From an uncultured delta proteobacterium (GTDB lineage: Bacteria; Myxococcota; Myxococcia; Myxococcales; Myxococcaceae): a DNA stretch of 64,000 bases. The notes beneath the pieces were generated by a model. That model made no database searches. It was not told the origin of the DNA and saw only the letters and a program-made list of their open reading frames with translations. The stretch's first letter is position 1. Every line of letters begins with the position of its first letter. The DNA lies in NCBI GenBank assembly GCA_963796055.1, contig CAWCKH010000002.1:64001-128000 (forward strand), given 5' to 3'. A program made the translations under genes and the position numbers. Of the stretch, positions 31,946 through 41,364 are shown piece by piece.

Positions 31946-32436
31946 GCCTGCGGGCCCGGGCTGCGCAACGGACCCTGGAAGAGCTCGCCAGCGGCGGGAC
32001 CCGGGGTCTGGAGGAACATCTGCTCGACCCGGAAACGGACCGCCACCGCAGGCCAGAGCTGGGTCCGCATCACGAAGGACCGCGGGACGCCCAGCGGCTC
32101 GAGCATCCGGGCGAACCGGGCGCGGTACTGGTCCATGAGGGGGCGCTCGTCCTCCCCTGCCGGCCGGGTCTCCACCACCGCTCCCTTGAGCTGCACCGAG
32201 CGGTTGTCCTGGGGGTCGCTGAAGACCAGTGCTACCCGGCGGTTGCCCTCGACGTTCTTCAGCATCTGGCCGGCGCTGGAGGCGGCCACGAGGAAGGTGA
32301 TCTCCTGGCCCCCAGGCTCGACGCGCACTCCCGCGGGCCTCACCACATCGGGGACCAGACGGTCGTCCCGGGTCGCCGCGCCGAGCACCAGCCCGGAGGT
32401 GAGGAACTCGATGAGGGCAGCGTCGAGCGTGACCAC
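31942..32436 (-). CDS. Pyridoxamine 5'-phosphate oxidase-like (FMN split barrel) protein
   Basis: ATRD, N..GNRRVALVF, SVQLKG and QTPGPAAG; GTG start is uncertain. Confidence 0.75.
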   Translation of the reverse strand: MVTLDAALIEFLTSGLVLGAATRDDRLVPDVVRPAGVRVEPGGQEITFLVAASSAGQMLKNVEGNRRVALVFSDPQDNRSVQLKGAVVETRPAGEDERPLMDQYRARFARMLEPLGVPRSFVMRTQLWPAVAVRFRVEQMFLQTPGPAAGELFQGPLRSPGPQA

Positions 32437-32492
32437 GCGCGAAGGAGGTTCTACCCTTCGCGCGCCGGATCTGTCATCCGCCGCGCTGCGGG

Positions 32493-33167
32493 TCAGGCTG
32501 CGGTGTCGAGACCGACACGCCGGGCAGCCTTCTCCCAGCGGTCCGGACCGAGCACCTCGCGGGCGAGACCCGACAGCTGCGAGAACACCGGCGGGGGCAT
32601 CTGGGCCCGGGCGGCCGACAGCAGCGCCGCACACTCGGGCGTGCTCATCGCCGGGAGCATGAGCCGCATCATCACCGGCATACGCTCGGGCGGGACAGAG
32701 GCGCGGATGCGCCCGTCCATCGCGTCCAGCTCCGCTTCGGTCAGATGCGCCCAGAGGACGGGCATGGCCTCGGTCTCCTCCCGGTCCATGTGGCGGAGGT
32801 GATCGGCCACCAGCAAGGTCAACGCACGCCCGAGGAGCTGCCCGGCGGCCTCGCGCTCCGGGGTGATGTCGGAGCACGTCCGCGGGAGCAGCGCCCGGAG
32901 CTCCGCCTGCAGGCCCTCCAGCCGGCCGTGGTCCGCCTCGAGCGCGGCGAGGAGCGCCGGGGCGTGGCGGGCGACCGCGGGCATGACGAACTCCTCCTCG
33001 TGGTGCGCGTGGCCGTCGAGGAGGTCGAGGAGGGTCGCCACCGTGCGCGCGGCGGTCGAGGCCTCCCCGGGGTGGGCAAACTCGGTCCGGGCGACCAGGG
33101 AGGTGGCGTCGAAGAGCGCGGCGCGGAGCGCCTTGTGGATCGGCTGGTAACGGTTGGGTCGGTTCAT
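32493..33167 (-). CDS. Hemerythrin-like domain protein
   Basis: IHKALR, HAHHEE, DH and HMDREE ligand pattern. Confidence 0.85.
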   Translation of the reverse strand: MNRPNRYQPIHKALRAALFDATSLVARTEFAHPGEASTAARTVATLLDLLDGHAHHEEEFVMPAVARHAPALLAALEADHGRLEGLQAELRALLPRTCSDITPEREAAGQLLGRALTLLVADHLRHMDREETEAMPVLWAHLTEAELDAMDGRIRASVPPERMPVMMRLMLPAMSTPECAALLSAARAQMPPPVFSQLSGLAREVLGPDRWEKAARRVGLDTAA

Positions 33168-33263
33168 GGACGGACCGTTTGCCAGCTCCGGCGCGCCCCG
33201 GAGCCTAAGACTTCCCTAATTCGGTCCTACAGGCACACCGAGGCCGCACTGGTGAGCGGGACC

Positions 33264-34391
33264 TCAGAAGCGCGCCCTGAACCCGAGCGCCACCCGCCCA
33301 GACACGACGAGCGTGCTGCCCGCACTCCCGGTCGAGGGACTCGAGGGGTCCGAGAGCAGGTCCCACTGCGCACTCCCGGACACCCAGACCGTCCATGCGG
33401 GGTCGATGCGCCACGAGACGCGCAGGCCCGCCACGTGCGCCTGGCCGAGCGAAGAGGCGTACTCCAGGAACTGGTACCAGGGGGCCAGGGTCCAGTTGCC
33501 GAACCGCTGTGAGAGGTTGGGGCTGATGGACCAGCGGACCGGAGCCAGCGGGAACCCGGCCCCCAGCGAGTCTCCTGCCGCGGCGTTGGCCCGCGCGGTG
33601 AAGAACACCGCGGCGGTCGGGTCCTGGTCGTAGCCGTAGTAGCTGGCACCCAGACCGAGATCGGTGCTCGTGCCGAGGGGCTCGAGCAGCGCCAGGGAGA
33701 GAATGAGCTGGTTGAGGCTGTCCTCCCCGCCCCGGAGGTACGGGGCGATGCTGCGGCACCGCTCGTTGTTCGGGGCCAGCCTGCAGAACGCTGCGAGCGC
33801 GGAGCGGATCACGGGATTCCCGTTCCGGTCGACCACGGCGTCCACCCGCTGCTGGGTGGTGAGCAGCGTCCACCCGACGCTCACGTCGATGACCAGCCCG
33901 CCGAGCACGACCCCCAGGAACTCGTTTCCCCCCACCATGAAGGTGGCTCCCCCGAGCGCCCCCACGCTCGAGGTGGCGTTGTAGAGGAGGACGTCGGCCG
34001 GGACCTCGAGGCCGGCAATGACCACCGGCACGACCGCGTCGAAGCTCTGGCTCGCCCGGGGAGAGCCGGACGCCTCGAGATAGACCGTCACCCGCGGCGA
34101 GACGTCCCACTCCAGTCCCCCGGTCACGCTGAGGACCTGGGCGCTGCTGGTCCCGAACGCGCCTCCCTCCGGGGGAGGCGTCGCGGTGTCGTAGGTGTAC
34201 GTGCCGCCCAGCTTCAGGCTCCAGTCGTCGGAGAGGTCGAAACGGAAGGTCAGCTGGTCGGCAATGTGCGGACCATGGGGCGAGGCCGGTGAGGTCTCGC
34301 TCAGGCCCAGGGCCAGCTCGTTGCTGACCGAATGCGCCCAGACCGGCCCGGCCCCGGCGAGGACGAGAAGCAGCAGCCGTCGGACGCGCAT
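33264..34391 (-). CDS. Hypothetical outer-membrane beta-barrel protein
   Basis: Signal peptide MRVRRLLLLVLAG, alternating strands, C-terminal LGFRARF. Confidence 0.65.
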   Translation of the reverse strand: MRVRRLLLLVLAGAGPVWAHSVSNELALGLSETSPASPHGPHIADQLTFRFDLSDDWSLKLGGTYTYDTATPPPEGGAFGTSSAQVLSVTGGLEWDVSPRVTVYLEASGSPRASQSFDAVVPVVIAGLEVPADVLLYNATSSVGALGGATFMVGGNEFLGVVLGGLVIDVSVGWTLLTTQQRVDAVVDRNGNPVIRSALAAFCRLAPNNERCRSIAPYLRGGEDSLNQLILSLALLEPLGTSTDLGLGASYYGYDQDPTAAVFFTARANAAAGDSLGAGFPLAPVRWSISPNLSQRFGNWTLAPWYQFLEYASSLGQAHVAGLRVSWRIDPAWTVWVSGSAQWDLLSDPSSPSTGSAGSTLVVSGRVALGFRARF

Positions 34392-34501
34392 CAGCGGACC
34401 CCGCAAGACTTGCACCAAACCGTGGCAACCCGGGAAGGAAGCGAAAGTCTCGCGGGGCTCCCGGGTAGGCCGGGGTGGGAGCCAACGTGGAAGTTGTGGC
34501 T

Positions 34502-34518
34502 CGGCCCGGGCCTTGCTA
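34502..34518 (+). promoter_or_regulatory. Possible sigma54 promoter of the metal-efflux operon
   Basis: CGGCCCGGGCCTTGCTA (GG-N10-GC with TTGC); weak -24 half. Confidence 0.35.
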
Positions 34519-34535
34519 CTCGTCGGGCGGTCACT

Positions 34536-34913
34536 GTGGTCCGCGCCGCCGCCACCGCCGTCCTGCTTCTCGCCTTCGTCGCCCAGGCGGCGAGCGCCGT
34601 TCACGCGGCGGCGTGTCCGATGCTCGAGCGTGCCGGCGGCGTCATGGACTCGGGCTGCGCGCACTGCCCCCCTCCGCCCCCGGAAGTGACGCTCCACGCA
34701 GCCCTGCCGGACTGCTGCATCGTGCACGCGGCGACGGTGGAGACCGCGGTCTCCGAGCCGGCCCGTTTGTCGCATCCAGCCTCGTCCATCGCGCTGGCTC
34801 CGCCCAGGGTCGTGGTGGGGCCGGTCGCCGTGCCGCCCGCTCGCGCTGCGCTGCCCGCCTCGGACGCGCCGGCACCCCCTCCCCCGCCCAGGAATCTCCC
34901 GCTGCTGTCGTGA
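34536..34913 (+). CDS. Small exported Cys/His/Pro-rich protein (DUF2946-like leader)
   Basis: Signal-like N-terminus, CPM, CAHC, CC, and C-terminal APPPPPRNLPLLS; start uncertain. Confidence 0.65.
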   Translation: MVRAAATAVLLLAFVAQAASAVHAAACPMLERAGGVMDSGCAHCPPPPPEVTLHAALPDCCIVHAATVETAVSEPARLSHPASSIALAPPRVVVGPVAVPPARAALPASDAPAPPPPPRNLPLLS

Positions 34914-35044
34914 GAAGGGGGCGCCCTTCCCGGCGCTCCGGAAACTGGCCGCGGTGCGCTCGCGCCCGGCTCCTTCCCCGTGACGGCCTGAACGCACCGG
35001 TCCCGGGACGTTCTCTCACCACAGTCTCCGCGGAGGCCTCGCCT

Positions 35045-36433
35045 GTGCCCTCGCTCCTCTGTCTCCTCCTGCTCCAGCTCACCCCGGCCGCGTCGAGTGA
35101 CGACGCCGTTCCCACGCTCCTCCGCGCCGACCCGGCAGATCCGGTCCTCTCCGCCCTGGTGGCCGAGACGCTCGCCCGGAGCCCCGACCACGCCCGCGCG
35201 CAGGCGGAGGTCTCGGCCGAGCGCGAGCGGGTGCCCCAGGCCGGCGCCCTGGCGGATCCAACCCTGGTGCTGGGAATCCAGAACGACGGCTTCAAGGGCA
35301 TCCAGATCGGCGTCATGCCCACCAGCTTCTGGCAGGTGCTCCTGAACGTGCCGCTCTCCTGGCCGGGGAAGCGCGGATACCGGGAGGACGCCGCCGCGGC
35401 CCGGGTGACCGTGTCCGAGGCAGCGCTGCAACGGGTCCGTCTCACCCTGCTCGGCGAGGTAGAGCAGGCGTACCTTTCCCTGAGGCTGATCCGGGGGCAG
35501 CTCGAGCTGCAGACGCGGCTCGAGTCGCTCTGGCAGCAGGCCGAGGAAATCGCCCGTGCCCGCTACCAGGTCGGCGAGGTCCCGCAGTCCGACCTGCTCC
35601 GGGCGCAGCTGGAGCGCACCCGGCTGCGGCTCCAGCGGCTCGGGCTCGAGGCCAGCGAGCGGACCACGCTTCAGGGCATCAACCGGCTCCGGGTCCATCC
35701 GCTGGACGAGCCCATCGACACCCCGATTGCGCTCACCGCCGACCGGCCAGGTCCGCTTCCCCCGGCCGAGGCGCTCCTGGCGGACGCCGAGGCGCGCAGC
35801 CCTGACCTGGCGCTCGCCTCCCGGAGCACGGCGGTGGCCGAGTTGAAGGTGAAGAGCGCGTACCGCGAGCGCTGGCCGGACCTCTCCGTCACCGCAGCAA
35901 TCATGCCCCGAGGTGGGCTCGAGCCGATGTGGGCGGCGAGCGTGGGCATCTCGCTTCCCATCTACTGGTGGGACAAGGGGTCGCGCGCGGTCGACGAGGC
36001 GGAGCAGACGCGGAACGCCGAGCTGCAGGGAGCCGAGTCCGTCCGCCAGCTCCTGGCCCTGCGCACCCGGGAGCGCCACACCGCCCTGGCCGCGGTGCTC
36101 GAGGCGCTGGAGGTCTACCGCCACGGCCTCCTGGTCCAGTCCGACGCCACGGTGCGCTCCACGCTCTTCCAGTACCGGGTGGGCAAGGTGCCCTTCGCCT
36201 CGGTGCTGGAGGTGATGCGAGGCCTGGTGGCGGACGAGGCGGGTTACCTCTCGACCCTCGCCGACGCCGAGCGGCTGCTCATCGCGCTGCGCGAGGTCAG
36301 CCTCCAGCCCCCCTCCGGCGGCGTCGCCTCGTCCGCGGGAGGCACCGTCCCGGGCGCCTCGGCCGCGAGCGGGTCCCGAACCTCTTCCGGAGCGGGCGCG
36401 GCTGCCGCCCCCGCCTCCGCCCCTGGAATGTGA
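35045..36433 (+). CDS. TolC family outer-membrane efflux protein
   Basis: GGAGG RBS, signal peptide, two OEP-like repeats (ARYQVG, FQYRVG), first of an OMF-MFP-RND triad. Confidence 0.88.
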   Translation: MPSLLCLLLLQLTPAASSDDAVPTLLRADPADPVLSALVAETLARSPDHARAQAEVSAERERVPQAGALADPTLVLGIQNDGFKGIQIGVMPTSFWQVLLNVPLSWPGKRGYREDAAAARVTVSEAALQRVRLTLLGEVEQAYLSLRLIRGQLELQTRLESLWQQAEEIARARYQVGEVPQSDLLRAQLERTRLRLQRLGLEASERTTLQGINRLRVHPLDEPIDTPIALTADRPGPLPPAEALLADAEARSPDLALASRSTAVAELKVKSAYRERWPDLSVTAAIMPRGGLEPMWAASVGISLPIYWWDKGSRAVDEAEQTRNAELQGAESVRQLLALRTRERHTALAAVLEALEVYRHGLLVQSDATVRSTLFQYRVGKVPFASVLEVMRGLVADEAGYLSTLADAERLLIALREVSLQPPSGGVASSAGGTVPGASAASGSRTSSGAGAAAAPASAPGM

Positions 36434-36444
36434 AGGAGCCCAAC

Positions 36445-37833
36445 GTGAGTACTCGACGCTTCGGTCCGCTGGTCATGGTCACCGCCCTGGTGCTCGGCCT
36501 TGCCGCCGGGGTGGGCGCGACCGCGCTCGTCCTCCGCCGGCCGGCCGCTCCCGCCGTCGCCACCGGCGAGAAGCCCCACGCCCACACCACCTACGTCTGC
36601 CCGATGCATCCGAGCATCACCTCGGACAAGCCGGGCGAGTGCCCCATCTGCGGCATGCAGCTGGTCGCGACGAGCGCACCGGCCGTCCCCGAGCACAAGT
36701 TGCTCTTCTACCGCTCGCCGATGGATCCCAAGGTGACCTCGCCGACGCCTCGCAAGGATGAGATGGGCATGGACTTCGTCCCGATCTACTCGGACGAGGT
36801 GAACGGCGGATCCCCGCCGACGGCCGGTCTCGCCACGGTGGGCATCGATCCGCAGCGCCAGCAGCTCATCGGGCTGCGGACCGCTCCGGTGACCGAGGGC
36901 CCGGTTGGCGGCAGCTGGCGCACCGTGGGTCGCGTGGCGGTGGACGAGACCCGGGTGCACCACGTGAGCCTCAAGTTCTCGGGCTTCATCGAGAACGTCT
37001 TCGTGGACTACATCGGCAAGCAGGTCCGCGCCGGCGAGCCGTTGTTCAGCATCTATAGCCCGGACGTGGTCTCGGCCGAGCAGGAGTACCTCCTGGCTCT
37101 CCGCACGCGCGCCGCGCTCGGGGTCGGCGCCGCACAGGCCGGGGAGGATCTGGTGACGGCGGCCCGGGACCGGCTCAAGCTCTGGGACATCCCGGAGCAG
37201 GAGATCCGCCGCCTCGAGCGCACCGGCAAGGCCCAGCGGACGGTGACCCTCTACAGCCCGATGAGCGGGGTGGTCACGAGGAAGGACGCGGTCATGGGCC
37301 ACCGGGTCGTCGAGGGCGACATGCCCTACGAGATCACCGACCTGAGCCAGGTCTGGGTACTGGCCGACGCCTACGAGTCGGACATCGGTCGGGTGAAGCT
37401 CGGGACTCCCGCCGCGCTCACCCTGCAGGCGTTCCCGAACAAGGAGTTCCCCGGGAAGGTCATCTTCATCGACCCGATCATGGACCCCAAGACCCGCACC
37501 GCGAAGGTGCGGCTCGCCTTCCCCAACCCCACCGGAGAGCTACGGCCGGAGATGTTCGGCGAGGTGACGCTGCGGACGCCGGCGCGCGAGGGGCTCAGCA
37601 TCCCCACCGACGCGATCATCGACTCGGGGACGCGGAAGGTCGTCTTCGTCTCGCTCGGCGAAGGGAAGTTCCGGCCGCGCGAGGTGAAGATCGGGGCGAG
37701 CGACGGCGAGCGCTCGGAGGTGCTGGAGGGGCTCTCGGCCGGGGACCAGGTAGTTACCCGCGCCAACTTCCTGGTCGACTCCGAATCACGCCTCCGGGCC
37801 TCGCTTGGAGCGCTCCAGGGAGCGGCGAAATGA
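36445..37833 (+). CDS. cusB: CusB-like RND periplasmic adaptor with heavy-metal-binding domains
   Basis: YVCPMHP..PGECPICGM, FYRSPMDP..DEMGMD and LRPEMF motifs. Confidence 0.9.
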   Translation: MSTRRFGPLVMVTALVLGLAAGVGATALVLRRPAAPAVATGEKPHAHTTYVCPMHPSITSDKPGECPICGMQLVATSAPAVPEHKLLFYRSPMDPKVTSPTPRKDEMGMDFVPIYSDEVNGGSPPTAGLATVGIDPQRQQLIGLRTAPVTEGPVGGSWRTVGRVAVDETRVHHVSLKFSGFIENVFVDYIGKQVRAGEPLFSIYSPDVVSAEQEYLLALRTRAALGVGAAQAGEDLVTAARDRLKLWDIPEQEIRRLERTGKAQRTVTLYSPMSGVVTRKDAVMGHRVVEGDMPYEITDLSQVWVLADAYESDIGRVKLGTPAALTLQAFPNKEFPGKVIFIDPIMDPKTRTAKVRLAFPNPTGELRPEMFGEVTLRTPAREGLSIPTDAIIDSGTRKVVFVSLGEGKFRPREVKIGASDGERSEVLEGLSAGDQVVTRANFLVDSESRLRASLGALQGAAK

Positions 37834-40800
37834 TTCGCCGGATCATCCGCTTCTCTGCCGAGCAGCGCTGGCTGGTGCTCACCTCCGCCGTGGTGCTGCT
37901 GGCCATCAGCGTCTGGACCATGCGCAACATCCCCCTCGACGCGCTGCCGGACCTCTCGGACACTCAGGTCATCGTCTACTCGCGCTGGGACCGGAGCCCC
38001 GACATCCTCGAGGACCAGGTCACCTACCCGATCACCGCCGCGCTGCTCGGGACCCCGAGGGTGAAGGCCATCCGCGGCTTCTCCGACTTCGGTTACAGCT
38101 TCGTCTACGTCATCTTCGAGGACGGGACCGACCCCTACTGGGCGCGCACCCGCGTGCTCGAGTACCTCTCGAAGATCACCTCCCAGCTCCCGCCGGGGGT
38201 GAAGACCGAGCTCGGCCCGGACGCGACCAGCGTGGGCTGGGTCTTCCAGTACGCGCTGGTGGACCGGAGCGGGAAGCACAGCTCGGACGAGCTCCGCAGC
38301 TTCCAGGACTGGTTCCTCCGCTACGCGCTGCAGGCGGTGCCCGGCGTATCCGAGGTAGCCACCGTGGGCGGGCAGGTGCGCCAGTATCAGATCACCGTCA
38401 ATCCGAACGCGCTGGCCTCGTACCGGATCCCGCTGGACACGGTGATCCAGGCGGTGCGGCGGGGGAACAACGACGTGGGGGGCCGGCTGGTCGAGATCTC
38501 CGGCCGCGAGTACATGGTCCGCGGCCGCGGCTATGTGAAGTCCGTCCACGATCTCGAGTCCCTGGTGCTCCGGACCGAGAACGGCACGCCGATCACGGTC
38601 AAGGACGTGGCCCAGGTGACCCTCGGTCCGGAGATGCGGCGGGGCGTGGCGGACCTGGACGGCCAGGGCGACGTGGTGGGCGGCATCATCGTCATGCGGC
38701 AAGGTGAGAACGCGCTCTCGGTCATCGAGCGGGTGAAGGCGAAGCTGGCCGAGCTGAAGCCCTCGCTCCCGCCCGGCGTGGAGGTGCTCTCCACCTACGA
38801 CCGCTCCATTCTCATCGGCCAGGCGATCGACACGGTGAGGAGCAAGCTGATCGAGGAGATCATCATCGTCAGCCTGGTGATCCTGATCTTCCTCTGGCAT
38901 TTGCCCTCGGCCATCGTGCCGATCGTCACCATCCCGGTGTCGGTGGCGCTGGCCTTCATCCCGATGAAGCTCTTCGGGCTGAACGCCAATCTGATGTCGC
39001 TGGCCGGCATCGCCATCTCCATCGGGGTGCTGGTCGACGGCGCCATCGTCGAGGTGGAGAACGCCTACAACAAGATCCAGCGCTGGCAGGCGGCGGGCAG
39101 CCCGGGGAGCTTCCACGACGTGCGGCTCGCCGCACTGATGGAGGTGGGCCCGAGCGTCTTCTTCTCGCTGCTGGTCATCGCGGTGGCCTTCCTCCCGGTC
39201 TTCACCCTGGTGGACCAGGAGGGTCGGCTCTTCCGACCCCTCGCCTTCTCCAAGAACTTCGCCATGGCCATCGCCGCGGTGCTGGCGGTGACGGTGGACC
39301 CGGCGCTCCGGATGCTCTTCGCCCGGATCGAGCCATTCCGGTTTCGGCCGCGCGCCCTGAGCTGGCTCGCCAGCGGACTCCTGGTCGGGACCTACCATCC
39401 CGAGGAGCGCCACCCCATCAGCCACTTGCTCCACCGCCTTTACGAGGGGCCCTGCCGGTTCGTGCTCCGGCACGCGCGGGTCGCCGTGCTGGCCAGCATC
39501 GCGCTCGTCGCGCTCACCGTCCCCGTGTACCTCCGGTTGGGCTCGGAGTTCATGCCCCCGCTCGACGAGGGCACCATCCTCTACATGCCCTCGGCGGTGC
39601 AGCCCGGCATGTCGGTGGCCGAGGCGCAGGCCGCGCTCCAGCTGCAGAGCAAGCTGCTCCGGACCTTCCCGGAGGTCGAGCGCGTGTTCGGCAAAGCGGG
39701 CCGGGCGACGACGTCGACCGATCCCGCGCCGCTGTCGATGATGGAGACCACGGTGATGCTCAAGCCGCGAGCGCAGTGGCGAGAGGCCCCCCGCTGGTAC
39801 TCGGGCTGGGCGCCCGGCTGGCTCAAGGCCGTGCTGCGGCCAATCTGGGACGACCGGATCAGCGAGGCCGAGCTGCGCGCCGAGATGGACGCCGCGCTCC
39901 GGCTCCCGGGCATCTCCAACGCCTGGACCATGCCCATCAAGGGCAGGCTGGACATGCTCTCCACCGGCATCCGGACGCCGATCGGGATCAAGGTCTCCGG
40001 GGCCGACCTGGACGAGATCCAGAAGGTCGCCGTGGCCACCGAGGCGGCGCTCTCCAAGGTGCCGGGGACGCGCAGCGTGTACGCCGAGCGCGTGTCCGAG
40101 GGCTTCTTCCTCGACTTCGTGCTCAAGAGGGACCGGCTCGCCCGGTACGGGCTCAGCATCGACGACGCCAATGCCATGGTGCTCACCGCGGTAGGCGGCG
40201 AGGAGCAGAGCGTGACGGTGGAGGGCCGGGAGCGGTACGGCATCAACGTCCGCTACGCCCGCGACTACCGCGAAGACCTCTCGGCGCTGCGCCGGGTACT
40301 GCTGCCGCTGCCGCAAGGGGGGCAAATTCCCATGGAGGAGATCGCCGACGTGGGGCTGGTCCAGGGCCCTTCGATGATCCGCAACGAGAACGGCCTGCTC
40401 GCCGGGTACGTCTACGTGGACTTCGACACCTCCCGGGTGGACATCGGCAGCTACGTCGAGCGGGCGAAGGCGGCGGTCGCGGGTGCAGTGCAGGTGCCTC
40501 CCGGCTACTCCATGTCGTGGAGCGGCCAGTACGAGAACATGCTCCGGGTCCGCGAGCGGCTGAAGTTCATCCTGCCCGTGACCCTCTTCCTCATCTTCGG
40601 GCTGCTCTACATGAACACCCGCTCCGCGACGAAGGCGGGCATCGTGATGCTGGCCGTCCCCTTCTCGGTCATCGGCGCGGTGTGGCTGCTGTGGCTGCTC
40701 GGGTACAACGTCTCCATCGCGGTCTGGGTGGGGATGATTGCACTCATGGGCCTCGACGCCGAGACGGGCGTCTTCATGCTGCTCTTCCTCGACCTCGCTT

Positions 40801-41132
40801 ACGACGAGGCGAAGGCCGCGGGTAGGCTGAGGACACGCGGAGACCTGGTGGAGGCCATCGTCCAGGGCGCGGTCAAGCGGGTGCGGCCCAAGGCGATGAC
40901 CGTGGCCGCGGCGTTCACGGGCCTGCTGCCCATCCTCTGGGCAACCGGAACCGGCGCAGATCTCATGAAGCGGATCGCCGCACCGATGGTCGGGGGGCTG
41001 GTGACGTCGTTCATCCTCGAGCTGCTGGTGTACCCGGCGGTGTACTTCCTCTGGAAAGGCCGGCGGCTGGTGGATGGACCGGCCACGGCGCCGGAAGCCC
41101 GGCCGGGAGAACTGTCGCCTGTCCTCGCCTGA
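37830..41132 (+). CDS. cusA: CusA/CzcA heavy-metal efflux RND permease (Cu/Ag type)
   Basis: LDALPDLSD, LGPDATSVGWVFQY, EFMPPLDEG..LYMP, TDPAPLSM, RVRPKAMT and MKRIAAPMVGG. Confidence 0.93.
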   Translation: MIRRIIRFSAEQRWLVLTSAVVLLAISVWTMRNIPLDALPDLSDTQVIVYSRWDRSPDILEDQVTYPITAALLGTPRVKAIRGFSDFGYSFVYVIFEDGTDPYWARTRVLEYLSKITSQLPPGVKTELGPDATSVGWVFQYALVDRSGKHSSDELRSFQDWFLRYALQAVPGVSEVATVGGQVRQYQITVNPNALASYRIPLDTVIQAVRRGNNDVGGRLVEISGREYMVRGRGYVKSVHDLESLVLRTENGTPITVKDVAQVTLGPEMRRGVADLDGQGDVVGGIIVMRQGENALSVIERVKAKLAELKPSLPPGVEVLSTYDRSILIGQAIDTVRSKLIEEIIIVSLVILIFLWHLPSAIVPIVTIPVSVALAFIPMKLFGLNANLMSLAGIAISIGVLVDGAIVEVENAYNKIQRWQAAGSPGSFHDVRLAALMEVGPSVFFSLLVIAVAFLPVFTLVDQEGRLFRPLAFSKNFAMAIAAVLAVTVDPALRMLFARIEPFRFRPRALSWLASGLLVGTYHPEERHPISHLLHRLYEGPCRFVLRHARVAVLASIALVALTVPVYLRLGSEFMPPLDEGTILYMPSAVQPGMSVAEAQAALQLQSKLLRTFPEVERVFGKAGRATTSTDPAPLSMMETTVMLKPRAQWREAPRWYSGWAPGWLKAVLRPIWDDRISEAELRAEMDAALRLPGISNAWTMPIKGRLDMLSTGIRTPIGIKVSGADLDEIQKVAVATEAALSKVPGTRSVYAERVSEGFFLDFVLKRDRLARYGLSIDDANAMVLTAVGGEEQSVTVEGRERYGINVRYARDYREDLSALRRVLLPLPQGGQIPMEEIADVGLVQGPSMIRNENGLLAGYVYVDFDTSRVDIGSYVERAKAAVAGAVQVPPGYSMSWSGQYENMLRVRERLKFILPVTLFLIFGLLYMNTRSATKAGIVMLAVPFSVIGAVWLLWLLGYNVSIAVWVGMIALMGLDAETGVFMLLFLDLAYDEAKAAGRLRTRGDLVEAIVQGAVKRVRPKAMTVAAAFTGLLPILWATGTGADLMKRIAAPMVGGLVTSFILELLVYPAVYFLWKGRRLVDGPATAPEARPGELSPVLA

Positions 41133-41211
41133 GAGGGGCGGCGGACTTCCCTTCCGGTCCCCGGTTCCGTCTATGCTCGCCGAGCTGGACTTGGCCGGGA
41201 GGGCCCCAGGG

Positions 41212-41364
41212 ATGCACTTCAAGAAGCTGTTCCAGGTGCTGGTGCTCGGTGGTGCGGTGGTGGGAGCAAGCTCGGGCTGCGCGCAGGCCAACGCTCAGGA
41301 CAAGGACAAGAAGCCGCCGGTGGACGCAGGCACCCAGACCGGGGGCGGGGTCAAGGGCTGGTGA
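41212..41364 (+). CDS. 50-aa exported peptide or lipopeptide ending GGGVKGW
   Basis: MHFKKLFQVLVLGGAVVGASSGCAQANAQDKDKKPPVDAGTQTGGGVKGW; GGGAGG upstream; GTGA overlap with the next gene. Confidence 0.75.
   Translation: MHFKKLFQVLVLGGAVVGASSGCAQANAQDKDKKPPVDAGTQTGGGVKGW

Noticed and set aside
37371..41291. 1306-aa minus-strand ORF (and similar long ORFs such as 10831-13443, 19230-21434, 49421-51472)
   Set aside because: Shadow frames of well-supported genes; stop codons are rare at this GC content and no motifs were recognised.
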